In this document: positions 15,022 to 26,018 of the stretch, piece by piece
Layout: each line of letters begins with the position of its first letter
Position numbering within the stretch: position 1 is the first letter of the stretch
Assembly (NCBI GenBank): GCA_964413085.1
Contig: CAYPRI010000006.1
Coordinates: 1-46,666 of the forward strand
Reading direction: 5' to 3'
Source of the DNA: an uncultured Dehalococcoidales bacterium
GTDB lineage: Bacteria > Chloroflexota > Dehalococcoidia > GIF9 > UBA5629
DNA length: 46,666 nt
Made by a program: the position numbers and the translations under genes
The notes under the pieces: model-generated
The model's input: only the letters and a program-made list of their open reading frames with translations
Told to the model about the DNA's origin: nothing
Databases searched by the model: none

Positions 15022-16116
15022 ATGCCGAATAATCGAGACTACTACCAGATACTCGGAGTGCCGAGAAACGCCAGTGACGAGGAAATCAAAAAGGCATTCC
15101 GCAAGCTGGCCTTTAAGTACCATCCCGACCATAACCGGCAGCCTGAAGCCGAGGCGAAATTCAAAGAAATAAATGAAGCCTATGAAGTTTTATCTAACTC
15201 TGAGAAGCGCGCCTCCTACGACCGCTTCGGCCGTGTAGCTACCGGTTCTTTGTTCGGTTTCGATGATATCGGCTTTGGCGGTCTGGGTGACATATTCGAC
15301 GCCTTTTTTGGTGCCACAACAGCTAGAGCCCAACACCGCGCCCCTCAAAAAGGTGCCGACCTGCGCGCCAATCTTACTCTTTCCTTCGAAGAGGCGGTTT
15401 TCGGAGCCACTAAGGAATTCGAGACCTGGCGTATAGAAAACTGCTCCGTGTGTCATGGCGTCGGAAGCAAGCCGGGGACAAATCCGCAGAAATGTCCGAA
15501 CTGCAACGGTAACGGTGAAATTCGCCGGGTCCAGCAAAGTATCTTCGGTCGTTTCGTCCATGCTGCTACCTGCCCGCACTGTAAGGGAGAAGGCACGGTT
15601 ATCAGCGACCCCTGCCGGCACTGCAAAGGCAACGGCAAGGAGAAAGTGAAAAGAAAGCTCACCGTAACCATTCCACCGGGAATCGACGAGAACTATCAGA
15701 TGCGCCTCCGGAATGAAGGCGACGCCGGTAAGTACGGCGGCGCTTCGGGCGACGTCTATATAAACTTTTCAATAAAGCCTCACAAGTTCTTTGTCCGCGA
15801 GGACTACGATATCTTCTATGAAATGCCGATCAATTTCGCACAGGCCGCGCTCGGAGATACGATAGAAGTGCCGGCACTCGAGGGCAAGGTATCATTGAAG
15901 ATTCCGCCGGGCACGCAGACGGGAAAGACATTCCGAATTAAAGGCAAAGGCGTACCACACCTGCATGGTAGGGGTAAGGGAGACGAACTTGTCGTGGTCC
16001 GCGTAGTAACGCCCAGGTCTATCACTGCCAGCCAGCGTCGGCTTCTGGAAGAATTGTCCGATACCTTACCAGAAGCTGAAATGCCAGAACCAGAAGACCA
16101 CGAAGTTATCGAGTAG
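15022..16116 (+). CDS. dnaJ: molecular chaperone DnaJ
   Basis: J domain HPD, DIF motif, four CxxCxGxG repeats. Confidence 0.96.
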   Translation: MPNNRDYYQILGVPRNASDEEIKKAFRKLAFKYHPDHNRQPEAEAKFKEINEAYEVLSNSEKRASYDRFGRVATGSLFGFDDIGFGGLGDIFDAFFGATTARAQHRAPQKGADLRANLTLSFEEAVFGATKEFETWRIENCSVCHGVGSKPGTNPQKCPNCNGNGEIRRVQQSIFGRFVHAATCPHCKGEGTVISDPCRHCKGNGKEKVKRKLTVTIPPGIDENYQMRLRNEGDAGKYGGASGDVYINFSIKPHKFFVREDYDIFYEMPINFAQAALGDTIEVPALEGKVSLKIPPGTQTGKTFRIKGKGVPHLHGRGKGDELVVVRVVTPRSITASQRRLLEELSDTLPEAEMPEPEDHEVIE

Positions 16117-16129
16117 GGGATGGTCAGCC

Positions 16130-17110
16130 TTAGTCAGGTTTCAGTCCGTTCTTAAACCGCAACGATATCTCGGCCGGTGGCAGCGATTCAAATAACACAC
16201 TGTAGACGAGATTTACTATCGGCGCTTCCAGCCCGGCCTCGGTAACCAGCTTATGTGCCGCTACGGCCGTATCCACACCCTCAGCCACCTGCGTCATGGA
16301 CTTTATTATCTCGCTTAAAGCCCGGCCCTTGCCCAGTTCATAGCCAACATAATGGTTACGGCTCAACGAGCTGTTCCCCGTGGCTATTAGGTCACCCAGG
16401 CCGGCCAGCCCGTAGAACGTGTCCATCCTGGCTCCCAGCGCTGTTCCCAGCGCCACAACGTCTTTCCAGCCTAAAGTAATAAACGCCGCTTTAGCATTGT
16501 TGCCGAGTTCAAGCCCGTCCATTATACCTGCACCCACGGCAATCACATTCTTGAGCGCTCCGCATAGTTCAACCCCAATAATGTCATCGCTGATAAAAAC
16601 AGTAAACTCGGGTGAGTCAAGCAGCCTCTGTACTTGCTTGGCCACCTGCAGGTCGTGGCCCGCCACCATTGACGTAGCCGGCAGGCCCTGGTTAATCTCA
16701 CCCGATAAGTTGGGGCCGGATAGGGCACATATCCTGCCCTCAGAAACAGAGGGCAACTCATCTGCTATGACCTCCGACATCCTTTTACCTGTCTCAGCCT
16801 CAAGCCCCTTGGCCACACTGATTAAAACTGTCGAAGTACCCAAATAGGGTGAGCTCAGCTGTAAATTCTGCCGCATACGTTGAGCCGGCACAGCACAAAC
16901 CACGAACTCCGAGCCGCTCAATGATTCTTCGATGTTGCCGTTAAAGGTAACACGGTTTTCTAAACCGCCCTGGGAGGCGGCATTTTTTGTCAACTCGCTG
17001 GCCCTGGATTCAGTCCGTGTCCAAACGCTGACCCGGGCACCTCTGGCAGCCAACAAATTCGCCAGCGTCTTACCCCACGTGGTATCACCGATAACAGTGA
17101 CTTTAGGCAT
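16130..17110 (-). CDS. gpsA: NAD(P)H-dependent glycerol-3-phosphate dehydrogenase
   Basis: AKGLE, LSGPNL, GALKNV, GLGDL..T..SRN, AEG; der-plsY-gpsA order. Confidence 0.95.
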   Translation of the reverse strand: MPKVTVIGDTTWGKTLANLLAARGARVSVWTRTESRASELTKNAASQGGLENRVTFNGNIEESLSGSEFVVCAVPAQRMRQNLQLSSPYLGTSTVLISVAKGLEAETGKRMSEVIADELPSVSEGRICALSGPNLSGEINQGLPATSMVAGHDLQVAKQVQRLLDSPEFTVFISDDIIGVELCGALKNVIAVGAGIMDGLELGNNAKAAFITLGWKDVVALGTALGARMDTFYGLAGLGDLIATGNSSLSRNHYVGYELGKGRALSEIIKSMTQVAEGVDTAVAAHKLVTEAGLEAPIVNLVYSVLFESLPPAEISLRFKNGLKPD

Positions 17111-17162
17111 AGTTACTCCCAGACGAAGGCAGGGATTTTTTCAAAAATAGACTCGCTTCAAA

Positions 17163-17825
17163 TCACAAGCTTAGCTTATTGGGGCCCTGGTCCAGCCGGC
17201 TCTCCGTCTTGGTCTGTAATCTACTGATATTGGTGCGGTGCTGGTATATAATCAAAGCGGCCGCTATCAGGCTGTAGATCAAGTAGACGGGCGGCGCAGC
17301 GCCGGTCAGGGTCATTATTATGAACAGGCACAGGATACTTAAAGAGCCCAGTATCGAGCCCATTGACATATATTTGCTTAACAGAACAGTTATTATCAGC
17401 ACTATACCGCCGAACAGCCCCACAGCCGGCCAGATGGCAAACCAGCTCCCATAGTAGACAGCAGCGCCCTTGCCACCGCGGAACTTGATATATATCGACC
17501 AGTTATGCCCCACCATCACCATTAAGGCCGTGATCACTTGAGCCCATCGCCAGTCAAGTGTGAATCCGGCAATGGGCAGAACACTGTCGCCTATGACAAA
17601 TCTGGCCAGTATCACGGGCAAAAGCGCCTTGGCCAGATCGAGAATTACCGTAATCGCCCCGGCCCTGTAGCCTAAAACGCGAAGCACGTTGGTTCCGCCG
17701 ATATTGCCACTGCCCTTCTTGGAGATATCGACTCCCGCCATGCGCCGGCTGATTATCATGGCGAACGGTATGGCACCCACAAGATAGCCGACTACCGCCA
17801 TAAGAATAAATTTAGCTGCAATCAT
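17163..17825 (-). CDS. plsY: glycerol-3-phosphate acyltransferase PlsY
   Basis: GSGNIGGTNVLR, GH..FRGGKG, HRTNI. Confidence 0.95.
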   Translation of the reverse strand: MIAAKFILMAVVGYLVGAIPFAMIISRRMAGVDISKKGSGNIGGTNVLRVLGYRAGAITVILDLAKALLPVILARFVIGDSVLPIAGFTLDWRWAQVITALMVMVGHNWSIYIKFRGGKGAAVYYGSWFAIWPAVGLFGGIVLIITVLLSKYMSMGSILGSLSILCLFIIMTLTGAAPPVYLIYSLIAAALIIYQHRTNISRLQTKTESRLDQGPNKLSL

Positions 17826-17831
17826 CTGGTG

Positions 17832-19160
17832 TCACCCCACTTTTTGAAGCTTTCTCGAAGGTGCCTTTTTAAATATAAGCCGTAGCGATGTGCCGGAAAA
17901 CCCGAAGGTTTGCCGTAGTTTGTTTTCCAGATAGCGCTGATACGAAAAATGAACCAGCTGCGGGTCATTGACCAGAAGTGTAAAGCTGGGTGGCCTGATG
18001 CCGCCCTGGTAGGCGCGTATAACTTCCAGTTGCCTTAAACCTTTCCTAGGCCTTGTATGAGACATAACCGCCTGCTTGATGAACTCATCTACCACCGGGT
18101 CTGCCAGTCTTTTCGTAGTCTCATGCCATACCTGCAGAGCCTGATGTATTATATCATCTATGCCGCGACAATATTTAGCCGAAACAAAAAGGACCGGCGC
18201 ATGAGACATAAACTTTAGTTTCCGCCGTACTTCCTGCAAGTATGCTTCCCTTGGCTGCTCCGGGATGAGGTCCCACTTATTGACAATCAGTACCATGCCC
18301 TTTCCTGATTCCTTTATATAGCCGGCGATGTGTACGTCCTGAGCGGTTATGAATTCGGTGGCATCCGTAACCAGCAGGGCCACGTCGCAGCGGTTGATGG
18401 CGCGTAAAGCCCGAATCAGGCTGTAGTATTCCACACCGGTGTCGACCCGGCTGCGTCGCCTTATTCCGGCGGTATCTATGAGCAGCAACTCCTGTCCTTT
18501 GAATGTGATGACCGCGTCCACTGCGTCACGAGTGGTTCCCGGTGTTTCGTGGACGATAGCCCTTTCCTCCCCGGCGATGGCGTTCAGCAACATCGATTTG
18601 CCTGCGTTGGGCCGGCCAACGATCGCCAGTTTCGGTCTATCCGAATCAGCCGGAATATCAGAAACTTCGGGAAGCAACGCCACAATGGCCTGCCACAGTT
18701 CATTTATACCCCGATTATGCTGGGCGCTTATAGCCAGCGGAGCGCCCACACCCAGCTTGTAGAAATCGTTAATCTGATTTTCTAATTTGGAGTTATCTGC
18801 TTTGTTAGCCACCAACACTATGGGTTTCTGACACATGCGCAGCAGGTCGGCTATCTCACAATCGGCGGCAATGACGCCGTCGCGAACGCCCACCATGAAA
18901 ATAATGACATCCGCTTCGGATACGGCTGCTTCAGCCTGCTCTCTGACTTTCTGAGCTAGAGAAGAGGTAGGCTTTAAATCCAGGCCGCCTGTATCGACCA
19001 GCGTCACCTCTCTGCTTTCTCGGGAAATATCGGCAAAGACTCGGTCACGAGTCGTACCCGGCAGGTCTTCAACGACGGCAACCGATTCGCCGGCAAGGCG
19101 ATTAAACAGCGTCGATTTTCCGACGTTGGCTCGTCCAATTATAGCTACAACAGGTTTCAT
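17832..19160 (-). CDS. der: ribosome biogenesis GTPase Der/EngA
   Basis: Two G domains (GRANVGKS/GRPNAGKS, GTTRD, DTGG/DTAG, NKAD/NKWD) and KH-like C-terminus. Confidence 0.96.
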   Translation of the reverse strand: MKPVVAIIGRANVGKSTLFNRLAGESVAVVEDLPGTTRDRVFADISRESREVTLVDTGGLDLKPTSSLAQKVREQAEAAVSEADVIIFMVGVRDGVIAADCEIADLLRMCQKPIVLVANKADNSKLENQINDFYKLGVGAPLAISAQHNRGINELWQAIVALLPEVSDIPADSDRPKLAIVGRPNAGKSMLLNAIAGEERAIVHETPGTTRDAVDAVITFKGQELLLIDTAGIRRRSRVDTGVEYYSLIRALRAINRCDVALLVTDATEFITAQDVHIAGYIKESGKGMVLIVNKWDLIPEQPREAYLQEVRRKLKFMSHAPVLFVSAKYCRGIDDIIHQALQVWHETTKRLADPVVDEFIKQAVMSHTRPRKGLRQLEVIRAYQGGIRPPSFTLLVNDPQLVHFSYQRYLENKLRQTFGFSGTSLRLIFKKAPSRKLQKVG

Positions 19161-19222
19161 ATTTCTGTATTTTTTGCCCCCGGAACTGCGTACCTAAAAA
19201 GCATGACTAAGGATACCATTTG

Positions 19223-20152
19223 CTATCGGGTGCGTCCAACCCTGCTGTACATCTCTATCAGCAGCGCCTTCTGCGCATGCAGCCTGTTCTCTGCCTGGTC
19301 AAAGACGACTGAGCGAGGGTCTTCCAGGATTCCGCCGGCAACCTCCTCATCGTGGTGTGCCGGCAGAGGATGCATAAATATGGCATCTTTTTTGGCTAAA
19401 GCTAATAATCCAGCATTAACCTGATAGCCGGCAAAGGCCTGGCGGCGCTTCTGTGCTTCGGCCTCCTGCCCCATGCTGATCCAGACGTCCGTGTAAACTA
19501 CATCCGCATCCTTGACCGCTTGTTCCGGAGTATTCGTTAACAAAATCTGACTGCCGCTCTTGGAGGCATGGCCTTTGGCTGTCTGCAATACATCTTTGTC
19601 CACCTCGTAACCGGCCGGTGAGGCGATATGAAAGTTTATGCCTGTGGCTGCGGACGCCAGTAGCAAGCTATTGGCAACGTTATTACCGTCACCGATATAG
19701 GCCAGCATTAATCCCTTGAGTTTCCCCTTTTTCTCACGAATGGTCATTATGTCGGCCAATGCCTGGCACGGATGCTCCAAATCGGAGAGGGCATTAATCA
19801 CCGGAACGGTGGAATAATTTGCCAGGACACGTAAGTTTTCATGAGAGAAGGTACGGGCGATGATGCCGTGCACGTAGCGGCTCAGCACCCGGGCCACGTC
19901 TGAAACCGGCTCACGTTTGCCCAGGCCTACCTCCTCAGGTGACAGATAAAGGCAATAACCTCCCAGCTGATGAATTCCGACCTCAAAGCTGACGCGCGTC
20001 CGCAGGGACGGCTTCTCAAACAGCAGTGCCAGTATCTTGCCCCACAACATATTCGGCACGCGTCTGCGCTTAATTTTCAGAGCACGAGCGACAATTTTCT
20101 CGATCTCCGCCGGGCTTAAATCAGCTACGGATAGAAAGTCCTTTTTGTTCAT
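19223..20152 (-). CDS. argF: ornithine carbamoyltransferase
   Basis: SLRTR, HPCQ, GDGNN, TDVWISMG, HPLP, QAENR. Confidence 0.95.
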   Translation of the reverse strand: MNKKDFLSVADLSPAEIEKIVARALKIKRRRVPNMLWGKILALLFEKPSLRTRVSFEVGIHQLGGYCLYLSPEEVGLGKREPVSDVARVLSRYVHGIIARTFSHENLRVLANYSTVPVINALSDLEHPCQALADIMTIREKKGKLKGLMLAYIGDGNNVANSLLLASAATGINFHIASPAGYEVDKDVLQTAKGHASKSGSQILLTNTPEQAVKDADVVYTDVWISMGQEAEAQKRRQAFAGYQVNAGLLALAKKDAIFMHPLPAHHDEEVAGGILEDPRSVVFDQAENRLHAQKALLIEMYSRVGRTR

Positions 20153-20241
20153 TTTTAACTACCTGTTCAGAGTGAGCAAATAGTATACCATGGCTGTCAA
20201 CTTGAGATATAATTAACCTGAAAAAAGGTTCGAATATAGTT

Positions 20242-22956
20242 TTGTCTAAAGAAAAACCACTTCTGCTTCTCTTCGATGGAAACGCCCTGATTCACCGGGC
20301 TTTTCATGCCATACCCCCTCTAACCATAGCCAGGACCGGTGAAATTGTCAACGCTGTGCAGGGTTTCGCCAGCACCTTACTCAAGGTTTTGAACGAAATA
20401 AAGCCGACCTACTGGGCTATTGCCTTCGACCGCCCCGGACCTACCTTCCGCCATGAGAAATTCGAGGACTATAAAGCCCAGCGACCGAAAGCTCCCGAAG
20501 AACTCATCAGCCAGATTCATCGAGTCCATCAACTGGCCGAAGCCTTTCACATTCCCACCTTCGAAATCGAAGGCTTCGAAGCCGATGACGTGCTGGGTAC
20601 CTTGAGCCGTCAGGCCGAGAAAAAGAACGTGGACACGCTGGTGGTAACCGGCGATAACGATATGCTGCAGGTGGTATCTGAGAAAACAAAGGTGATGTCG
20701 CCCAGGCGCAGCTTCAGCGATACCGTAATATATGATGAAGCCGCTGTTGGGGAAAAATACGGAATACCTCCCGGCCAACTGGCTGAACTCAAGGCTTTGA
20801 CCGGCGACCCTTCGGACAACATACCTGGCGTGCCCGGCATAGGCGATAAGACAGCAGCCAAGCTGCTCAGTCAGTTCGGCAGCCTGCAGGGAATCTACGA
20901 CCACATTGACGAAGTTACACCTGAAAGGATACGGAACTTGCTCAGCGAGAATAAGGAGCGCGTTTTTCGTAATAAAGAACTGGCCACCATAGTCACCGAC
21001 GTACCTATCGACTTCAATCTGGACGCCTGCCATGTTACAGCCTATGACAGAAACCAGGTGGTGGAACTCTTCCGCGAACTTGGGTTCGTTCAGCTACTAT
21101 CCCGACTGCCGGAGGAGATTGAACAGCAGCTGCCCCTGGCTGCGGCGAAGCCTCCTGTCAGCAAAGACTACCATACGATAAGTACTGAACGGGAGCTGGA
21201 CAATCTGGTGGATAGACTGCGGGCAGCCACAGAGATCACCGTAGATACCGAGACATCAGCCAAAGAAGTAATGCTTTGTGAGCTTGTCGGCATCTCGCTA
21301 TCGTCAACTGCAGGAGAAGCCTACTACATACCGGTTGGGCACCGCGGCTTGAGCCAGATAACTCAGTTGCCGGTAGTTGAAGTAGCCGCAAAGCTGAAAC
21401 CTGTGCTCGAAGACAACGAAATCCCAAAGATAGCGCAAAATGGCAAGTTCGATATGACCGTGCTGGCCGAATACGGTATTAACCTAAAGAACCTGACCTT
21501 CGATACCATGCTGGCTGCTTACCTGCTGGGCGAAAAATCGTTAAACCTCAAAGCCCTGGCTTTCAACAAACTTGGGGTGGAGATGACGCCCATTACCGAC
21601 TTGATCGGCAAAGGTCTCAAGCAAGTATCGATGAACATGCTGCCCATCGAGCAGGTCGCCGACTACGCCTGCGCCGATGCTGACATCACGCTCAGGCTCA
21701 AGGGCGATCTGGAAAAGGAACTTAAGGAAGAGAGGCTATGGCAGCTTTTCAGCGAGGTTGAGATGCCTCTGGTTCCCGTGCTGGTAGCCATGGAAAGGTG
21801 CGGGGTGGCCATAGATATCGAACTGCTTAAAGATATGTCCAACAGCCTGGGAAAAGATATGCTCAGGCTGGAAGCAGAGGTCTATAACAGTCTCGGCTAC
21901 AGGTTTAATATAAACTCGTCGCACCAGTTGTCCAGGGTACTCTATGAAGAATTGAAATTGCCCCGGCCGCGCAAGACAAAAAGCGGTTATACAACGGAAG
22001 CATCATCGCTCGAGGACCTGAAGGGAATGCACCCTATGGTTGAACTTATACTTCAGTACCGCCAGCTGGCCAAGCTTAAGTCCACTTACACCGATGCTTT
22101 CTGCGCCCTGGTTAATCCCAAAACGGGCCGGCTGCATACCAGCTTCAATCAGACGGGCACCACCACAGGCCGTCTCTCATCCAGCGAGCCCAACTTGCAG
22201 AACATCCCTATAAGGACCGAACTTGGAGGTAAAATCAGGCAGGCAATAATAGCCGAGCCCGGGTGGCAGCTTATGTCAGCGGATTACTCCCAAATCGACC
22301 TCAGGGTACTGGCGCACATCTCTCAGGACCCAGAACTCATTGCCACGTTTCTAAGGGACGAAGATGTTCATACCGCCACTGCCTCCCGCATCTTCAACGT
22401 TCCGGAAGAAAAGGTTACTTCAGAAATGAGGCGCGTAGCCAAAACGGTCAATTTCGGCGTTATCTACGGCATGAGCGACTACGGTCTGGAACAGGCCACC
22501 AGTTTCAGTCGTGAGGAGGCCTCCGAATTTATATCCGCCTATTTCGAGAAATACCCGGGAGTGAAAACTTACGTCGAGAACACCAAGAACCAGGCCAGAG
22601 AGCTGGGCTATGTGCAGACGGTTATGGGCAGGCGGCGCTACATACCTGAAATAAAATCGCCGAACCGGCAGGTAAGAGAGGCCGCAGAACGGATGGCCAT
22701 AAACATGCCGGTGCAGGGCACATCGGCGGACATCATAAAAATCGCCATGGTCAACCTGCATCGGGAAATGGAAAAACAGAACCTACGTAGCCGGATGACG
22801 CTTCAAGTGCATGATGAGCTGCTATTTGAAGTGCCTCCCGATGAAACAGGACGGATGAAAGAGCTCGTCTCCAGAATAATGCCCCAGGCATTGAAGCTCA
22901 GCGTGCCACTGAAGATAGACATCAAGATGGGCAAAAACTGGGCTGAGATGAGCTAA
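20242..22956 (+). CDS. polA: DNA polymerase I
   Basis: 5'-3' exonuclease (DG..RAFHA, EADD, GDPSDNIPG), 3'-5' exo motifs, polymerase DYSQI, KTVNFG, QVHDEL. Confidence 0.98.
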   Translation: MSKEKPLLLLFDGNALIHRAFHAIPPLTIARTGEIVNAVQGFASTLLKVLNEIKPTYWAIAFDRPGPTFRHEKFEDYKAQRPKAPEELISQIHRVHQLAEAFHIPTFEIEGFEADDVLGTLSRQAEKKNVDTLVVTGDNDMLQVVSEKTKVMSPRRSFSDTVIYDEAAVGEKYGIPPGQLAELKALTGDPSDNIPGVPGIGDKTAAKLLSQFGSLQGIYDHIDEVTPERIRNLLSENKERVFRNKELATIVTDVPIDFNLDACHVTAYDRNQVVELFRELGFVQLLSRLPEEIEQQLPLAAAKPPVSKDYHTISTERELDNLVDRLRAATEITVDTETSAKEVMLCELVGISLSSTAGEAYYIPVGHRGLSQITQLPVVEVAAKLKPVLEDNEIPKIAQNGKFDMTVLAEYGINLKNLTFDTMLAAYLLGEKSLNLKALAFNKLGVEMTPITDLIGKGLKQVSMNMLPIEQVADYACADADITLRLKGDLEKELKEERLWQLFSEVEMPLVPVLVAMERCGVAIDIELLKDMSNSLGKDMLRLEAEVYNSLGYRFNINSSHQLSRVLYEELKLPRPRKTKSGYTTEASSLEDLKGMHPMVELILQYRQLAKLKSTYTDAFCALVNPKTGRLHTSFNQTGTTTGRLSSSEPNLQNIPIRTELGGKIRQAIIAEPGWQLMSADYSQIDLRVLAHISQDPELIATFLRDEDVHTATASRIFNVPEEKVTSEMRRVAKTVNFGVIYGMSDYGLEQATSFSREEASEFISAYFEKYPGVKTYVENTKNQARELGYVQTVMGRRRYIPEIKSPNRQVREAAERMAINMPVQGTSADIIKIAMVNLHREMEKQNLRSRMTLQVHDELLFEVPPDETGRMKELVSRIMPQALKLSVPLKIDIKMGKNWAEMS

Positions 22957-22989
22957 CAAAATATAAATTAAAGTCGACTTGAAATTACT

Positions 22990-23634
22990 TTAGAGCCTTT
23001 CCCTCAGGTCTTTAGCGGCCTTGGTCAGTGCCGGGTCGGTGGATATCTCGATACATTTGTCTGCATCGGCCTTTGCTGCTTCCAGATCGCCCATCCTGTT
23101 ATATGTATAGGCCCGGTTGAAATACGCCTTGGCCAGATTGGGGTCCAGTTCGATGGCCCTGGTGAAGTCTGATATTGCCAGGTCATACTCGTCTTTATCG
23201 CGATACATCAGGCCGCGGTTATCATAGGCCACAGCCAGTTTGGGGTTTTGACGGATAGCCTCACTAAAATCGACTATAGCTCTGTCATACTGCCTTTGGC
23301 CGGCATACGCCAGACCCCGGTTGTTGTAAGCCATAGTCATTTTGGGATTAAGCGCAATAGCCTTATCGTAATCAGCAACAGCGGTTTGCAGCTGCCCTTT
23401 CTTCAGGTAAACATTGCCGCGGTAATAGTACAGGTCCGCATTTGTCGGTTCCAGCTCAATAGCTTCAGTGAACTCGGCAATAGCCTCATCGTATTTCCCT
23501 CGACCGAAATACTCATTTCCTTTGTCGATATATTGTTGAGCCGGACTGACGCAGCCGAAGGCTGCTATAACCATCGCTAGTACCGTTAAGGCGGTCAGCA
23601 GCAGTAATCTTCCTTGCGCCATGCCGATTTCCAT
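22990..23634 (-). CDS. TPR-repeat lipoprotein
   Basis: Signal peptide with AFGC lipobox; about five AYxNRG-type TPRs. Confidence 0.88.
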   Translation of the reverse strand: MEIGMAQGRLLLLTALTVLAMVIAAFGCVSPAQQYIDKGNEYFGRGKYDEAIAEFTEAIELEPTNADLYYYRGNVYLKKGQLQTAVADYDKAIALNPKMTMAYNNRGLAYAGQRQYDRAIVDFSEAIRQNPKLAVAYDNRGLMYRDKDEYDLAISDFTRAIELDPNLAKAYFNRAYTYNRMGDLEAAKADADKCIEISTDPALTKAAKDLRERL

Positions 23635-23730
23635 TAAATGGAGATTATACTCAGCAAATGTTTAACGCACAAGCACTTTAGGATAAAATACGGTAACAGC
23701 CATCCAATTTACCAAAAGGATGTACCAACA

Positions 23731-24546
23731 TTGCCTGAACTACCCGAAGTAGAGACCATAAAGAACGAGCTTTCGCCTTACATCATCGGCCGTCGATTTA
23801 CCGATGTCTCGGTTCTTGATGCCAAACCGCTAAAACATCTGCCGGTTGGGGAGTTTCGACGCCGACTGGTAGGCCAAACTGTTGCCGGCACGGGGCGCCG
23901 CGGCAAATACCTTATTTTCCGCTTATCCGGTGGTAACGTGCTGGTGCTTCATCTTAAAATGACCGGCTCGTTGTTGCTTAATCCCGGTGAAATTAACCGT
24001 TATGCCAGAATTGTCTTTCACTTTGACGACGGCGCTCAACTGGTTTTTATGGACCGCAGGCGGCTGGGGGCAATTTGGATGCTGGAAAATGACCTGTCCG
24101 TTGCCGGCAAGCTCGGTCCTGAACCTCTATCCCCTGATTTCACCGTCGACGTACTGGCCGAACGGCTGCGCAAACGCCAGGCTCCCATAAAGGCAATACT
24201 TCTCGACCAGGGATTTATCGCCGGCGTAGGCAACATGTACGCCGATGAAGCTCTGTTTGCGGCTAAAATTCATCCTTTGCGAAAAGCCGCCGGCCTGTCA
24301 CACAAGGAAATACGAAGCCTCCACCGAGCGATCGTCAATGTCTTGAAGTCAGCCATCAGCAGCAAGGGGGCCAGCATAGATACGTATATACGGCCCAATG
24401 GACAGTTCGGAACAGCGCATGATAACTTCCGCGTGGCTCACCGCGCGGGCCACTCCTGCCCTGTTTGCGGCACACCAATCCAGCGGCTGGCAATTAGAAA
24501 CCGGGGCAGCTACTTTTGTCCCCACTGCCAGAAGCTTTATCCTTAG
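23731..24546 (+). CDS. mutM: formamidopyrimidine-DNA glycosylase
   Basis: TTG start at 23731 after AAGGA gives PELPEVE; RRGKY, HLKMTG, GVGNMYADE, C-terminal zinc finger. Confidence 0.96.
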   Translation: MPELPEVETIKNELSPYIIGRRFTDVSVLDAKPLKHLPVGEFRRRLVGQTVAGTGRRGKYLIFRLSGGNVLVLHLKMTGSLLLNPGEINRYARIVFHFDDGAQLVFMDRRRLGAIWMLENDLSVAGKLGPEPLSPDFTVDVLAERLRKRQAPIKAILLDQGFIAGVGNMYADEALFAAKIHPLRKAAGLSHKEIRSLHRAIVNVLKSAISSKGASIDTYIRPNGQFGTAHDNFRVAHRAGHSCPVCGTPIQRLAIRNRGSYFCPHCQKLYP

Positions 24547-24578
24547 ATAAGTGCAGGGTGAACGGAATATGAAGAGAC

Positions 24579-26018
24579 TTAAGAAATTTTATCTAATGCC
24601 AACTTCAAACGTTTCAGGCATCTTTCCCTGCCCAGGACCTCCATGGTCTGAAACAGAGGCGGCGCGGCAGTTCTTCCAGTAAGCGCTACTCTTAACAGTC
24701 CAAAAAACACGCCGGTCTTCAGCCTGAGTTCATCGGCCAGCGGCCGAAAAACCGTCTCGAGAGAAGCCGCGTCTAAGCTTTTTACACTTTTTATGGCTGC
24801 GATTGAGGCTTCCAGGCTTTTTTGGGCTTCAGTTTTATCTAATTTAGCGAGCAGCAACCCCGTGTCATATTCAAGTCCATCGACAAAGAAAAAGTCGCTT
24901 AACTGCGGTACCTCGGCAAGCGTCCTGGCCCGTTCCTGGATTAGCGGCATTATTCTGCGAATGTAATCGGCATCCAGCGGGCGTTTAACTTCCGCTGGTA
25001 GGCCCTTTTCCAGAAAAGGCATGGCCTGCTGCACAAATTCTTCCTGGTTCAAGCCTCTGAGGTAGACGCCGTTCATCCATTCCAGCTTGTCCTTATTGAA
25101 CACCGCCGCAGTCTTACTTATTCTCTCCAGTGAGAAATTCTTCACAATTTCTTCCCGGGTTAGAAACTCCGTCTTATCATCCAGCGACCAGCCTAGCAAT
25201 GCCAGGAAATTAAACATGGCTTCAGGCAGATAACCCTGCTCACGGTACTCGGTTATAGCGGTAGCCCCATGGCGCTTGCTTAATTTGGACCTGTCCGGAC
25301 CCAGTATCATGGGCAGATGCGCGAACTGCGGTGGCGACCAACCAAATGCCTGATAAAGCAGCATGTGGCGCGGCGTGCTCGACAGCCATTCATCAGCCCT
25401 GAGCACATGGGAGATTTTCATCAGGTTGTCATCTACTATATTCGCCAGATGGTACGTGGGGTAGCCATCAGATTTAAGCAGTACAAAATCATCGAGTGTG
25501 CTGTTATCAAATTCTATTTTCCCGCGAAGTAAATCATCGAAGGACGTTTTACCCTCTAGCGGCGATTTAAAACGAACAACAGGGACGATGCCAGCGGCTT
25601 CTTTGTCAGCGCATTCCTGAGGTGTAAGATTGCGACACAAGCGGTCATAGCCGGGCGGCTGCTTCCGTTTCATCTGCTCCTGGCGCATTAACTCCAAACG
25701 CTGCGGGGAGCAGTAGCAGCGATACGCCTTGCCCTGCTCCAGTAGTTTATCAGCCGCTTCGCGATAATAGTTGAGCCGTTGCGATTGAAAATACGGCCCT
25801 TCATCCCAGTCGAGCCCCAGCCACCGCAGACTATCCAGTATAACGTCAGCTGCGCCCGCCACCATGCGAGCCACATCGGTATCCTCAATACGCAGGACAA
25901 AAACGCCCTTGTGGTGCCGGGCAAAGACCCAGTTAAAAAGAGCGGTTCTAATGTTGCCTAAATGAGGTAAACCTGTAGGGCTGGGAGCAAATCTGACGCG
26001 AATATTATTCTCAACCAT
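24579..26018 (-). CDS. gltX: glutamate--tRNA ligase
   Basis: RFAPSPTG.PHLGN, LRIEDTD, KLSKR; likely start ATG 26018. Confidence 0.97.
   Translation of the reverse strand: MVENNIRVRFAPSPTGLPHLGNIRTALFNWVFARHHKGVFVLRIEDTDVARMVAGAADVILDSLRWLGLDWDEGPYFQSQRLNYYREAADKLLEQGKAYRCYCSPQRLELMRQEQMKRKQPPGYDRLCRNLTPQECADKEAAGIVPVVRFKSPLEGKTSFDDLLRGKIEFDNSTLDDFVLLKSDGYPTYHLANIVDDNLMKISHVLRADEWLSSTPRHMLLYQAFGWSPPQFAHLPMILGPDRSKLSKRHGATAITEYREQGYLPEAMFNFLALLGWSLDDKTEFLTREEIVKNFSLERISKTAAVFNKDKLEWMNGVYLRGLNQEEFVQQAMPFLEKGLPAEVKRPLDADYIRRIMPLIQERARTLAEVPQLSDFFFVDGLEYDTGLLLAKLDKTEAQKSLEASIAAIKSVKSLDAASLETVFRPLADELRLKTGVFFGLLRVALTGRTAAPPLFQTMEVLGRERCLKRLKLALDKIS

Noticed and set aside
20228-20245. LexA-like site before polA (CGAATATAGTTTTG)
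   Set aside because: Multiple mismatches to GAAC-N4-GTTY.
23638-23730. 31-aa N-terminal extension of MutM in the ORF track
   Set aside because: Fpg needs an N-terminal Pro; TTG at 23731 with an SD gives PELPEVE.
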